A stretch of DNA of 64,000 nt, from contig CAWCLO010000004.1 of assembly GCA_963796455.1 (NCBI GenBank), forward strand, positions 352,001 to 416,000, given 5' to 3'. The position numbers and the translations under genes were made by a program. This document shows, piece by piece, positions 30,643 through 41,272 of this stretch; position 1 is the first letter of the stretch, and every line of letters begins with the position of its first letter. Below the pieces are notes generated by a model. It did not search any database and was not told where the DNA came from. It worked only from the letters and a program-made list of their open reading frames with translations. The stretch comes from Candidatus Sulfomarinibacteraceae bacterium (GTDB lineage: Bacteria > Acidobacteriota > Thermoanaerobaculia > Thermoanaerobaculales > Sulfomarinibacteraceae).

Positions 30643-33060
30643 CTACCGATTTCCAGCCTCGCGGGCGCGCTCCGCCATGGCGGCGGCATGGTCGCGCTGT
30701 GGTCCGGGTTGGGCGCGGGCCACATAGTCATCGAGATAGGTTGCTGCCTTTGACAAACGCCCAGCCTGGGCGTTGGCGATGCCGAGGTTGAAAATCACAT
30801 CATCGATCGCGGGGTTGATGACGTGGGCTCGCTCCCAGGCATTGATAGCGCCGGTAGTGTCGCCGAGACGGGCGCGGACGGAACCGAGGGCGTTCCATCC
30901 ATCGAAGGACACCGGGTTGAGCGTCACCGCTTCCTCGAGATGGATCGCGGCGTCGGTCAGTCTTTCTTCGCCCATGGCGACGAGACCGAGATTGAGGGTG
31001 ATGGTGGCGTCGCCGGGATCCGTTCGATCGGCGCGTTCGATCCATTCTCTGGCCTCGCTCCACTGCCGGCGCACCATCGCGAGTTTGCCGAAGGCCAACA
31101 GCAGACCGGGGTCCTCCGTTCCTTCGAGTCCTTCGAGCACGTCCCCGGCCCGGTCCGGCTGGCCCATCCGCAGATAGATCATGGCGAGCTGGGTCGTGAT
31201 CGATTCGTCGGCCGTTCCTGCGTCGAGGGTGCGCGACAGAATTTCCGCCGCCTGGGCCGGATCACCGCGCGCGATCAGAACCTCGGCCAGGATCAGCGGT
31301 GCGCCCGGGCGCCGATTACCTTCGATCGAGAGCGCGGTGCGGGCTTCGGTTTCGGCAGCAGCCAGTTCGCCTCGTTTGAATGCGATCTGGGCCAGCAATA
31401 CGTGCGCCGCCACCGGATCGTAGGGTATGGCGTATTCGGCCTGGTACTTCGCCTGGTCCAGCTCACCCATCTGTACGAAGAGGGTCGCCGCTCTCAGGGA
31501 CAGTCTCCTCGATTGCGGCAACTCCTTGGTTGCAGCGCGGTAGGTTGCCGCCGCTTCATGCGGTTGTCCTAACCCTTGCTGAGAAAGCGCCAGGTACTCC
31601 CAGGCGTCCTCGATCCCGGGATCCCGGGTGATGATCGTCCGAAAGGCCGGCACCGCGGCTTCGAGATCGCCGTCGGCGTAGAGGCGGTGGGCCTGTCGGA
31701 TTTGCGCCAGCACTTCGACCCGGGTCTTGGGATCCGGCAGGTTCTCGCCCTCAGCCGTCGTGGCCTCCCCGACATACCCCAGAGCCTCGAGTCGACGCCG
31801 GGTCTCGGCATCGGTGCTGCCAGGACTCTCGAATCCCCGGTCAAAGGCATTCAGAGCATTCCGGAGCTGTGCTTCGAGCGCCGGCTGCGAAGCAATGAGA
31901 TTGTCGAGTTCGTCGGGATCCGCCGATATATCGTAGAGCTCCGGCATCGGCGCCTCGATGAAGTGGTGGCTGCCGAGAATCAGTGCGGCGAGGTTGCTCC
32001 AGCCGAAATGGAGGCGCGGGAAAAAGGTCTCGGCATAGATCGGCTTGTCCTCGTGCTCCGGACCATTCTCACCGAGCAACGACGTGCCCTGGACTCCCGC
32101 TTGCACCGGCAGACCGGCGGCAGCGACCAGAGTGGGATACACATCGATGAGCTGCACCGGTCGCGCGATGCTCTCGCCGGCTCGCTCGGAATGCGGCAGC
32201 TTGATGATCAACGGTACCTGAAGGGTCGAACGATAAAGAAAGAGCCCGTGCTCCGATTCGCCATGGTCGCCGAGGCCTTCGCCGTGATCCGAAAGCAGGA
32301 CAATCAACGATTGGTCGTAAATGCCGAGATCACGGATCTCGTCGAGGAGCCTCCCCATCACCGCGTCCGCGGCCGCCACCTCGCCGTCGTAGGCTGATTC
32401 ATAACGCGCGGCGAACTCGGCCGGAGGAGCATAGGGCGTGTGGGGTTCAAAAATGTGGAAGAAAAAAAAGAACGGTTGTTTTGCAACTGATCGCAACCAG
32501 GGCACCACGGCATCGAGGGTCTCACCGCCCGCTCGCTGCACCGACTGAATTCCGGAAGTTCCTGGTTTTGCGTTCAGATCGATGGCGTCCTCATAGAAAT
32601 CGAAGCCGGAGTTGATCCCGGTCTCCCGGCGGAGGACAAAGGAAGACACACCAGCTCCGGTGGCGTAGCCCGCTTCCCGCAGGGTCTGCTGGAGCAGGGG
32701 AGTCGCGGCAGCATCCAGGGTGTAGCCGAGGTTGTCACGCACACCGTGGGTGGGCGGCAACAACCCGGTCAGCAGCGAAACATGTGCTGGGAGGGTCAGC
32801 GGGACGTGGGTATAGGCGCGCTCGAAAAGCATACCGTCCCGACGGAGCCCATCGATCGCTGGGGTCTCAACACCCTCATAGCCGTAGACCGGCAACCGGT
32901 CCGAGCGCAGGGTGTCCACCGAAATGAGAATGATCGGAGCCCGGGCAGCTTTTGGAGCTTCGGTTTCGATCGTCCGTCCGCAACTGATTCCCACGGTTGC
33001 GACCACGAGCAGAGCGGCGATGGCCGGGCGATGGTTCGCAACGAAATTCACAGCTTCCAT
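30643..33060 (-). CDS. Sulfatase-like hydrolase/transferase with C-terminal TPRs (3)
   Basis: ISVDTLRSD, TLPAHVSLLTG, FEPHTPY, SDHGE, TPR tail. Confidence 0.88.
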   Translation of the reverse strand: MEAVNFVANHRPAIAALLVVATVGISCGRTIETEAPKAARAPIILISVDTLRSDRLPVYGYEGVETPAIDGLRRDGMLFERAYTHVPLTLPAHVSLLTGLLPPTHGVRDNLGYTLDAAATPLLQQTLREAGYATGAGVSSFVLRRETGINSGFDFYEDAIDLNAKPGTSGIQSVQRAGGETLDAVVPWLRSVAKQPFFFFFHIFEPHTPYAPPAEFAARYESAYDGEVAAADAVMGRLLDEIRDLGIYDQSLIVLLSDHGEGLGDHGESEHGLFLYRSTLQVPLIIKLPHSERAGESIARPVQLIDVYPTLVAAAGLPVQAGVQGTSLLGENGPEHEDKPIYAETFFPRLHFGWSNLAALILGSHHFIEAPMPELYDISADPDELDNLIASQPALEAQLRNALNAFDRGFESPGSTDAETRRRLEALGYVGEATTAEGENLPDPKTRVEVLAQIRQAHRLYADGDLEAAVPAFRTIITRDPGIEDAWEYLALSQQGLGQPHEAAATYRAATKELPQSRRLSLRAATLFVQMGELDQAKYQAEYAIPYDPVAAHVLLAQIAFKRGELAAAETEARTALSIEGNRRPGAPLILAEVLIARGDPAQAAEILSRTLDAGTADESITTQLAMIYLRMGQPDRAGDVLEGLEGTEDPGLLLAFGKLAMVRRQWSEAREWIERADRTDPGDATITLNLGLVAMGEERLTDAAIHLEEAVTLNPVSFDGWNALGSVRARLGDTTGAINAWERAHVINPAIDDVIFNLGIANAQAGRLSKAATYLDDYVARAQPGPQRDHAAAMAERAREAGNR

Positions 33061-33090
33061 CCTAACGAATCCCGGAGATTTGTCCGAGGC

Positions 33091-33123
33091 AAAAAACGGC
33101 CCCGGTGCGGAAGCACCGGGGCC
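33091..33123 (-). terminator. Rho-independent terminator after the TonB-dependent receptor
   Basis: Minus strand GGCCCCGGTGC-TTCC-GCACCGGGCC-GTTTTTT. Confidence 0.75.
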
Positions 33124-33145
33124 TGAATGGCGAATCAAAGACTCG

Positions 33146-36075
33146 TCAGAATCGAAGTCCGACCGAGAATCGGAACGTCCGTGGTGCCTGGTAGGAACCC
33201 TCGGCTTGTGCCTCGCCCCACTCGTCGCCCTTGCGCCAGTGGGTCCCTTCGACCGGTGTTTCGGTGAAGGGGTCGAAAGGCGTCAACGAGCCGTCGTTGC
33301 GAGCGGTGAACACGGTATGTGTTCGGAGTCGTAACGGCCTGTTCGTTGAAGACGTTGAGGACCTCGGGCTGCAGGAAGAGCTCGAGCTGACCACCCAACA
33401 TATTGATGAAGAACGAGTAGTTGAGCGAGAGGTCGGTTCGTGTGACATCTTCCGTCCGGAAAGCACCGCGCTTGGAGAAGAAGTAGTTTGGTGCCGCCGG
33501 GCTGTTGACGTAGCCAAAATCGGCCGGATCGCCGACGTAGTCGATCACATTGACCCTACCGATGGCGCTGTAAGGCGAACCGGAAAGGAAGCTCTGGAGC
33601 AGGCTGAAGGAAAGGTTGTGGTGCGTCGTCGCGATGGCGTCCCACACGACCCAGGCCCGGAACTTGTGGGTCTGGTCGACCCCGAGCAGGCCGTTCGGCA
33701 CATTCCATTCGGCCTCCTTATACTCCGTATATTCGAAAAAGGAGCCGGGTACCGGGCCGGAGTCAAAGGTTTCACCGTTGAGGTTGCCCTTGGCTTCCGA
33801 CCATGTGTAGTTGGCGCCGATGTTCCAGTGCGAGCCGATTCGATAGTCGAAGCGCCCCATGAGGGCGTTGTACTTGCGGTTGTAGATCGAATCGTCGTTG
33901 ATGTAGACGGCCTGGTCGAGCATCGCGCCGCCCGAACCGGGAACCTCAACAGAGTTGCCCGGCGTGATCACCGAAGCATAGAAGGAACCAAACTCGCGCT
34001 GGACATAGTCGGCACGGACAACACCACGTGTTCCAAGCCGGAACGCGGCCCCTACAGTGATTTCATCCGCATAGGGTGCTCGCAAATCGTCTCCGACTCT
34101 CGGGGTCAGCCCCGGGATCGAGATGTAGTAGGCCAGATCGAGGTTGTTGACGCCGCCATAGACGTTGAAGAACCAGTCGAACATGGCGTCCAAGGCATCG
34201 GAGTTGGTCGGGTACTCGGGCGTGCCCGCGACGTATGTGGGGCCGTCGTAGAGATACCAGTTGTAGACCGGGTTTCCTGCTGCCGAACCCGCCGTGCCCT
34301 GATTCTGGGTAATGGACGTCACATAACGGTTGAAGCCGGCCGTGACGACGATGCTGCCATCGCCCTTGACATCGTAGCTTCCCGAAACGCGCGGGCTGAT
34401 GCGGTAGTCATCGACGGTCTTCAACCCCGCCTGATCAGTGGCGTCATTTTTGTCATAACGCAGACCGAGATTGACGGTCAGCTTGTCGTTGATCCGCCAG
34501 GTATCATTGGCGTAGATCGAGGTGGTTTCCACGTGACTGCCGATCGATTCCTCGAGTACATCGCCCCAGATGATGTAGCCGCCGTATGTGTCGACCACAA
34601 CGAGGGGCTCGCCGGGCGTGCTGTAGTCGGTTTCGACGAAGGGCGCATAGGCATAGCCCGAGGCCATCTGGCGGTTATTCTCGGTGTTCTGGTCGTCAAA
34701 ATAATCGACACCGAAAACGAGATCGTGGGTGCCCGAACCGGAGAAGAAGTACGACGCTTTGGCATAGTAGTTCTCGTTGTCGCGTTCTGCCGGGGGTCCG
34801 GCACCATCAAACCAGGCGTCGTTGTAGGTGATGCTCTCGAGCAGATCCCAGATCGGTGATCCGCCGAGTTCGGTATTGACGCCGCCGGCTCCGATGAACG
34901 AGAGCTCCCGTTTGGAGTAGAGAGCTTCGAGGAAAAAGTTGTCGGACAGAACACCGGTGTAGGTCAGCGAAAGCCCCTTCTGGGGATCTTGGCGGCTCCC
35001 GACCAATCCGGCTTCGTCTGCTGCCGGACCGAAGTTGGTGGAATTGGTGTTCTCCTGGTCGATGTCCAGGTAGCTGAACATGATCCGGTGGTTGGGCGTG
35101 ATCGAACCCGTCAGCTTGCCTTCGAGGCGTGTCTGTGAGGATGAGGACGGGTAGGCGATGCCCGCATCCGGTTGGCCCGGGGTGATCAACTGGTCCGATG
35201 TCGAGTTGCTGAGGTCACGGCCTGCTCCGAAGAACCACAGGGCGTCCTTCAGGATGTATCCGCCGATGGTGGCCTCATAGACGTAAGTTGTTCTCATCCA
35301 CCTGGTCGGTGGTGAGTGGCGTCTCACCGTTCCAACTATCGTTGGTCACGTTGGCGCGGAAGGAGCCCGAGAACTCGTTACCGCCCGATTTTGTGACCGT
35401 ATTGACCACACCACCGGCAAAGCGGCCGTACTCGGCCGAGGCGCTCGATGTGATGGTGGTGGTTTCGAGGACGGCGTCTTCGATATACAGGTCCAGAGAT
35501 TGGCCACGGATGTTTTCATTCACCACCACACCGTTGATGGTGTAGAGGCTCTCCCACGACTGGGATCCCGAGATCGAAATATTGCCGCCGGGGCCCGAGG
35601 CGTTGGTTCCCGCCGAGAGCAGGACCGCAGAATCGACTGTCCGTGCTACCGGTAGTTTTTCGAGGACCGACTGTTCCAGCGTCGAAGAACCCTGGGCGCC
35701 GGTGCTGACGGTTTCGAAATTGCCGGTGACGACGATCTCGTCCTGCATCGCCTCCGGATACATGACCGCATCGAGCACTCTCGGCTGCGAGGTGGACATC
35801 CGAACGTCATATTCCAGGGTCGCAAAGGATGCGAGATTGAATTTGACGTTGTAGTCGCCGGCCGGGAGGCCCTTGAAGATGTAGTCTCCTTGGCCGTTGG
35901 TGATGGCGGTCTTCTGGCCCTGGAGCGCCGGTGACTCGAGCGACACCGTCACGCCGGGCATGGGTGCGTTTTCATATAACACACGGCCCTTGAGCTCGGA
36001 GCCCATTTGGGCCGAGGCCGTCCCCGCGAAGCCGAGCGCGAGAATGACCAGGCACACTGTCAATCGATACCTCAT
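33146..36075 (-). pseudogene. TonB-dependent receptor with N-terminal carboxypeptidase-regulatory-like domain, interrupted by two +1 frameshifts
   Basis: Three consecutive frames give signal peptide and plug (SAEYGRFAGGVVNTVTKSGGNEF), barrel, and C-terminal PRTFRFSVGLRF; removing one base at about 35285 and one at about 33317 gives a single 975-aa ORF. Confidence 0.85.
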
Positions 36076-36222
36076 CGCTACCTCCAAATCAGTCAGATGA
36101 GTCGTGAAACGGTGGGGTTGCTTTCTGCTCGAAAGCACGAACCGTCTCGGAATATGAATCCCCCCGATTTACGATCCTCCTTTCCCCAGAAACAAAATGA
36201 ATACTCATTCATCCTGTTCCGT

Positions 36223-36238
36223 CGCATAAATCATGCCT
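36223..36238 (-). promoter_or_regulatory. Candidate sigma-54 (-24/-12) promoter
   Basis: AGGCATGATTTATGCG, GG-N10-GC, about 150 nt upstream of the receptor start. Confidence 0.5.
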
Positions 36239-36344
36239 GAATACGGGCAGTATCTCGATTTGTTTCAGAGAATTGTCAGAAGTCTGTACGGATTTCAGGA
36301 TGCGTGAACCAAAAAACCGGACACCGAAGAATGGTTCCTGATTT

Positions 36345-38111
36345 TTAGTGCGAGCCGCTCGTCCCGATCTTTTTCTCAACAGTCGCGAAGGAGGTCTGTC
36401 GCGTCACCGGGTCGAGAACTCCGATCACGACCTTGTGTTCGCCCTCATTGAGCAACAGCTGAAACTCCGCCACGTACCTCTCGGTGCGGCGCTCTTCGTA
36501 ATCATCGGAGGGAATCCGGATCATGAACTCCCGGCGCTGGATATCCGACTGATTGCCCTTCAAATCACGGTTGGCGAGGAAAAGCACGACCCGGCCCACC
36601 AGTTCGTCGCCTTCCGGCAGCATGGCGATCGACGAGATGGGAAGTTTGATTTCCAAGGGCAGGAACCAACGATCTTCGGCCGACGCGGGTTGTACGATCC
36701 CGGAGCTGAGAGTGATCCCCATCGGATTGTCATCGAGGGCCAGCATGAGTCCGCTGACAACGATGTCCTGGACCTGGGTCTCGAGAGATTTCTCGACCAT
36801 CGTCCGGCGGTAGACGAGGTCGTGCTCCGAGTGTCCGGGCAACTCGACCTCGATCCGGTGCACGGTGTCGGCCCCGCTCGAAGGCAGGGTGTATCCGAGT
36901 GAGTAGTAGGTGAAGAGGTCGTTTCTGAGGTCTTCGAGGAGACCGGTCACTTCATTGCTGCCGACGATTGCCCGCCCGCCGGTTTTTTCCGCGAGATAAT
37001 ACAGCGGTTCCTGATGATTCATTGTGTAGACCCCGGCATACATCGGGTCGACGGGTCGCGCGTATTCTGCCGATTGCGCGCCATCACCGGCGAGCCCGGT
37101 GGCGTCCATCATATAGAAGGTGACGCCCTGGGCGTTCGCGGTCGAGGCAAGGGATTCGTAAACGGCCCGGCGATTGAAACGGGAGAGCATGGGCAAGGCC
37201 GAGGTCTTCTGATAGATGTCGCCGTACCAGTCGATGAGATCTCGGGCTGGCACCGCCGGCAATCCGTTCGAGACATGGATCAGGGCTTTGCGCCCGGGCA
37301 GACCGGCCAGGGTGGTCATGACCTCGCGAATGGTGCTCATCGAGTAGTCGAGCTCCATCGAGAGCTCTTCTCCATAGGTGCGAATCCTTTCTTCGAGATC
37401 CAGAGCCTGTTGTGGGTTTGCGGCAGACGGGTTCTCCGCCGTTTTCTGCATTTCGTGGATGATGCGGCTGCGCTGCTGGTCGTCGTCGACCCTCGCACCA
37501 TAGGTCCTGTTCATCGATCGGAGTGCGTTCTGAACGGCTCGTGAATCGTTGGTGAAGGGTTGCACGATCTCTGCCGATCGTTGCGCGGACACCACCATGA
37601 CCTGGACGTGGGGCTGCATCAACTGATCGATGAAGCGTCGGGTCTGGCCGAGAACACGGTTGCGATCGTGGGGGCGAATATTCTCGTTGTCCACGTAGAT
37701 CACGACGTGCACGGGTTGAATTTTGTCGCGAGCGGATTCGCCCTGCAGTGGCGTCGCGTCAGCCGTCTGGGGCACCGGTGGAGCGGTCCCCGTTTGCTCT
37801 TCCGCCATGATGGTGGTGATGACTTCCTCGGTGTAGGCGGCGAAATGGGTCAACTCTCGTTCATGTCCATCCTGCCGGAGCCGAAAGTCCTCCTTTTTGA
37901 GCCCCGTCACGGACCGGTCCTGGCGATCGCGGACATAGACATCGACATTGACCACGGTGACCTTGACCTCGTCGACGAATGAAAGGCCACCGGTCACTTT
38001 CTCCGAGTCGACTTCCTGAACAAATGCGACTGTTCCGACGCAAAGGATGCATATCAGGATCAAAACCGAGCCTCGGATCGTTCCGCCTTGGGTTTTGTGT
38101 TGCGGCTTCAT
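36345..38111 (-). CDS. Exported VWA-domain protein (Acidobacteria-type VWFA)
   Basis: VVNVDVYV...VTGLKKEDF, LPGRKALIHVSNG, LAEKTGG, YYSLGY; paralog of 11864-13669. Confidence 0.85.
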   Translation of the reverse strand: MKPQHKTQGGTIRGSVLILICILCVGTVAFVQEVDSEKVTGGLSFVDEVKVTVVNVDVYVRDRQDRSVTGLKKEDFRLRQDGHERELTHFAAYTEEVITTIMAEEQTGTAPPVPQTADATPLQGESARDKIQPVHVVIYVDNENIRPHDRNRVLGQTRRFIDQLMQPHVQVMVVSAQRSAEIVQPFTNDSRAVQNALRSMNRTYGARVDDDQQRSRIIHEMQKTAENPSAANPQQALDLEERIRTYGEELSMELDYSMSTIREVMTTLAGLPGRKALIHVSNGLPAVPARDLIDWYGDIYQKTSALPMLSRFNRRAVYESLASTANAQGVTFYMMDATGLAGDGAQSAEYARPVDPMYAGVYTMNHQEPLYYLAEKTGGRAIVGSNEVTGLLEDLRNDLFTYYSLGYTLPSSGADTVHRIEVELPGHSEHDLVYRRTMVEKSLETQVQDIVVSGLMLALDDNPMGITLSSGIVQPASAEDRWFLPLEIKLPISSIAMLPEGDELVGRVVLFLANRDLKGNQSDIQRREFMIRIPSDDYEERRTERYVAEFQLLLNEGEHKVVIGVLDPVTRQTSFATVEKKIGTSGSH

Positions 38112-38152
38112 CTTTCTCCCGTGTTCTCGGATTGTTTGATTGGACGGAGGAA

Positions 38153-38767
38153 TCACTGCGCGCCCAGTTCGAAGGGAACCCTGGCCTCGGTCTCTTCGAA
38201 CTCGATGATGAATCTCCAGCTCCCGGGCTGCACGCCACCACGGATCGGAAAATAGAGAAACCCGGTGCAGACCTGGTTGTTGGTGACATTGATGGCCGTG
38301 TTCGCCGCGGCGCCGGAGCCGGGGAGCGGCATGAAGCTGATCGCACAGTTTCTGCGGCCGCCGCGGGTGAATTCCAGTGGTTGACTGGCCAGATCCGCGC
38401 GCCGTGAAACCGACTGCAAATCTCGATCCCATGAAGCGTTGAAATCTCTGTAGGAAGGAAGGGGAACCGTTCGTCCATCGGGGGTTCGGACGGATATCAG
38501 GCGGCGATCGACTTTGGTTGACGCACCGGTCATCCCGCTCAAGGCGACATTGAGAACCAGCCATTCTTCCGCAAGGTTGTTGCTGGCAAAACCCGACTCG
38601 ATCACGATCTCGATCGCCATATCGCGGTACCGGACCATGTTCGTGCCGGGGTGATCCAGCACAGGCCCCTTGACAGGGTTCGGCATCGCGGGTTTTGTTG
38701 ATCCGCAGGCTGCGGCGAGGACCGTGACCAGTGTGATGACGAGCAGGCTCCGCAGATGCAATCTCAT
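38153..38767 (-). CDS. Hypothetical lipoprotein
   Basis: Lipobox LAAAC; GGGAG RBS. Confidence 0.75.
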   Translation of the reverse strand: MRLHLRSLLVITLVTVLAAACGSTKPAMPNPVKGPVLDHPGTNMVRYRDMAIEIVIESGFASNNLAEEWLVLNVALSGMTGASTKVDRRLISVRTPDGRTVPLPSYRDFNASWDRDLQSVSRRADLASQPLEFTRGGRRNCAISFMPLPGSGAAANTAINVTNNQVCTGFLYFPIRGGVQPGSWRFIIEFEETEARVPFELGAQ

Positions 38768-38858
38768 GATGGACTCCCTTGTCACCTCCATAGGATACGC
38801 CACCACGATTTTTTTGCTTTGCGGGGCGCGATAGACTGGGTGTACAAGGAGAAAATCG

Positions 38859-39212
38859 ATGAAGCCTTCCAAGATCGCGCTGCTGGTTTTTTTGCTACTC
38901 GCGGTGGCCGGAACGTCCGATGCGGCCGACAGCCGCTCCTATTCGAGGTCCATTGAAACTGTTTGGGACGAGGCGGTGAAGGCATCGCGGGACGCCGACC
39001 TTGAACTCGTCCAGTCCAAGCGGTCCGAGCACTGGTTCACCATGAAAACCCCCAAGAAGACCCTCTCCAAGAGCGTGAGCTTCGAGGTCCGGCTGACCCC
39101 GTCCGGGGACGGCACGGTGGTTACGGTCCGCGAGATTGACGCGCCGGGCACCAAAAAGAGCCTCAAGGCCATCGCCGCTTTCTTCGATGCGCTCGACCAG
39201 CGCATTCGTTAG
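38859..39212 (+). CDS. Small exported hypothetical protein
   Basis: AGGAG RBS; signal peptide. Confidence 0.7.
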   Translation: MKPSKIALLVFLLLAVAGTSDAADSRSYSRSIETVWDEAVKASRDADLELVQSKRSEHWFTMKTPKKTLSKSVSFEVRLTPSGDGTVVTVREIDAPGTKKSLKAIAAFFDALDQRIR

Positions 39213-39256
39213 CCCCGGGTGTAGAATTCGACCCGAAGAGTCGATCGGGAGGATTC

Positions 39257-40078
39257 ATGAGATTGGCATGCCGGATCGGGTTGTTGATCGTCGTAGGGGT
39301 ATCGGCGATGTCATCTGCCGCGGACATTCAGGTTTTTTGCGAGCCTGATCTGGGGGTTTTTCTCGATGGCAAATTCGCCGGCGCCTCGAGTGCGAGGGAT
39401 GACGGTTTCGTTCTGATGAATGTCGGTCGGGGGCGGCACACCATACGAATCGAAAAGGACGGTTTTGTGGCTCAGTCCTTCGAGGTGGACGTTGCCAGGA
39501 TCCCCCTCGAGATTCAGGTCGAAGAGTTCACTCGCGAACCACTGCAGCCCACAGCAACTGAGACGGTTGAAAAGGAAGTGGAGCGGCTTGCCGGGAGCCT
39601 TCTGGTCACTTCGGTTCCGCAGAATTGCATTGTCGAGATCGACGGTGAGCCTGAAAACAAGAGCACTCCCCAGTTGTCCATCGGAGGGCTGGCGGCCGGT
39701 GAGCACCGAATCGTCTTCAGCAAGGCGGGGTATGAATCGATCACTGAGCTTGTGACGATCCAACCCGGTTCCGAGGTCCTGGTTCGGGGCAACCTCAAGG
39801 ATGGCAAGGTGGAGGTCGTTCACCAGGGCAAAGGCTCGCTCCGCGTGATGTCCACTCCAACGAGCTGCACGATTCGGTTTCGCGGCAAGATCCTGGACAA
39901 AACGGGCTCCAGGCTGAACCTGGGGCAGATTCCGGCCGGAGAGTATCCGATCACCGTGTCGATCAGCGGGCGTGAGATGTCGACCAGGGTTCTCATCCGG
40001 GATCAGACACGAACCGTTCTCGAAGTGAGCTTTGTCAAAGGACAGGAACCAATCTCCGTATCCTACGTACCCAAATAG
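39257..40078 (+). CDS. PEGA domain-containing exported protein
   Basis: Three PEGA-like units (VFLDG...G-x-HTIRIEKDGF; GSLLVTSVP...GEHRIVFSKAGY; GSLRVMSTP). Confidence 0.8.
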   Translation: MRLACRIGLLIVVGVSAMSSAADIQVFCEPDLGVFLDGKFAGASSARDDGFVLMNVGRGRHTIRIEKDGFVAQSFEVDVARIPLEIQVEEFTREPLQPTATETVEKEVERLAGSLLVTSVPQNCIVEIDGEPENKSTPQLSIGGLAAGEHRIVFSKAGYESITELVTIQPGSEVLVRGNLKDGKVEVVHQGKGSLRVMSTPTSCTIRFRGKILDKTGSRLNLGQIPAGEYPITVSISGREMSTRVLIRDQTRTVLEVSFVKGQEPISVSYVPK

Positions 40079-40080
40079 CA

Positions 40081-41271
40081 ATGGATTTGGTCCTTCGCCA
40101 TATGGTATTGAGATTTCTCACCCTCGGTTTCGTAATAGTTCTTGCAGTTGGCGGAGCGATGGCCGGAGCGGCGACCGGCTCCCGGGATATCTCTGTCGAA
40201 GACCTCATTTCGGGGGAGATCCTCGGGGTGCCGCCAGGGTCGCTCCTCGAGATCGGGGACGGGGAGGTCCTCGCCGTCAGCGATGAGATGAGGACCTTTC
40301 TTGATGAAATGGTCGATCGTCGAGCGAGCGACTACATCAAGCTCCAGCAGTTGGTCTACGCGATCATCAACGAGGGGACCTTCGGTCTCGAGTATGACGA
40401 GAAGACCCGGACCGCTTCGGAGACATTCCGACAGCGCCAGGGAAACTGCCTGGCATTTTCAAATATGTTTGTTGCGATGGCGCGCGATGTGGGTCTCGAG
40501 GTGAAATTCCAGGAGGTCGATATCCCTCCGGACTGGTCCTACAAGAACGATTCTTTTGTGCTCAATCGTCACGTTAACGTGAGTGTTGATCTCGGCAAGG
40601 CCGGCTACCACGCGGTAGATTTCAATATCGACGATTTCCGGACGGGCTACGACCGTCGCACCGTTTCCGACAGACGCGCCTTTGCACACTACTTCAATAA
40701 TCTGGGCGTCGAACGACTGCAGGCCGGCGACTCGAGTGAAGCGTTCCTCTTTTTTCGCGAGGCGATCGAATACAGCGACCGCGGTTTCGCACCCGCGTGG
40801 ACCAATCTGGCGATTCTCTATTCGCGTGCTGGATACCCGAGCTATGCCGAAGTCGCCTATCTGCAAGCCTTGCGGGCGAATCCCGGCGATGACGTGGCGA
40901 TGAGCAACCTCGCGAACTTCTACGAAGACGGCAACGAAAAGGAAAGAGCCGCCGCCTATCGAAAAAAGGTGACCCGCCATCGCCGCCAGAATCCCTACTA
41001 CCGATATCAACTGGCCCGCGATGCTTTTTTCGCCCGCGACTATGAGACCGCCATCGGCCACCTGAAATTCGCGAACCGCAAGCGTGAGGACGAAGACCAG
41101 TTCATGTTTCTGTTGGGTATGAGCTACCTCATGTCCGGCAACGAGGAGGCCGCGAGAAGGTGGTTGACGCGGGCGGAGGAGGCTGCGGCCACCGATGCCC
41201 TGAAACGCAACTACTCCACCAAGATCGACATGTTGCTCTCCGAGTCGGAAAGGGCTGTGGAATCCGAGTAG
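40081..41271 (+). CDS. Transglutaminase-like domain plus TPR protein
   Basis: TRTASETF...GNCL, RHVN, VDFN (Cys-His-Asp), followed by TPRs. Confidence 0.8.
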   Translation: MDLVLRHMVLRFLTLGFVIVLAVGGAMAGAATGSRDISVEDLISGEILGVPPGSLLEIGDGEVLAVSDEMRTFLDEMVDRRASDYIKLQQLVYAIINEGTFGLEYDEKTRTASETFRQRQGNCLAFSNMFVAMARDVGLEVKFQEVDIPPDWSYKNDSFVLNRHVNVSVDLGKAGYHAVDFNIDDFRTGYDRRTVSDRRAFAHYFNNLGVERLQAGDSSEAFLFFREAIEYSDRGFAPAWTNLAILYSRAGYPSYAEVAYLQALRANPGDDVAMSNLANFYEDGNEKERAAAYRKKVTRHRRQNPYYRYQLARDAFFARDYETAIGHLKFANRKREDEDQFMFLLGMSYLMSGNEEAARRWLTRAEEAAATDALKRNYSTKIDMLLSESERAVESE

Positions 41272-41272
41272 A

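Noticed and set aside
33231..34859. 542-aa + strand ORF
   Set aside because: Antisense shadow of the frameshifted TonB receptor
35280..35295. Programmed ribosomal frameshifting in the TonB receptor
   Set aside because: No slippery heptamer or recognisable +1 shift signal, and two independent shifts would be needed
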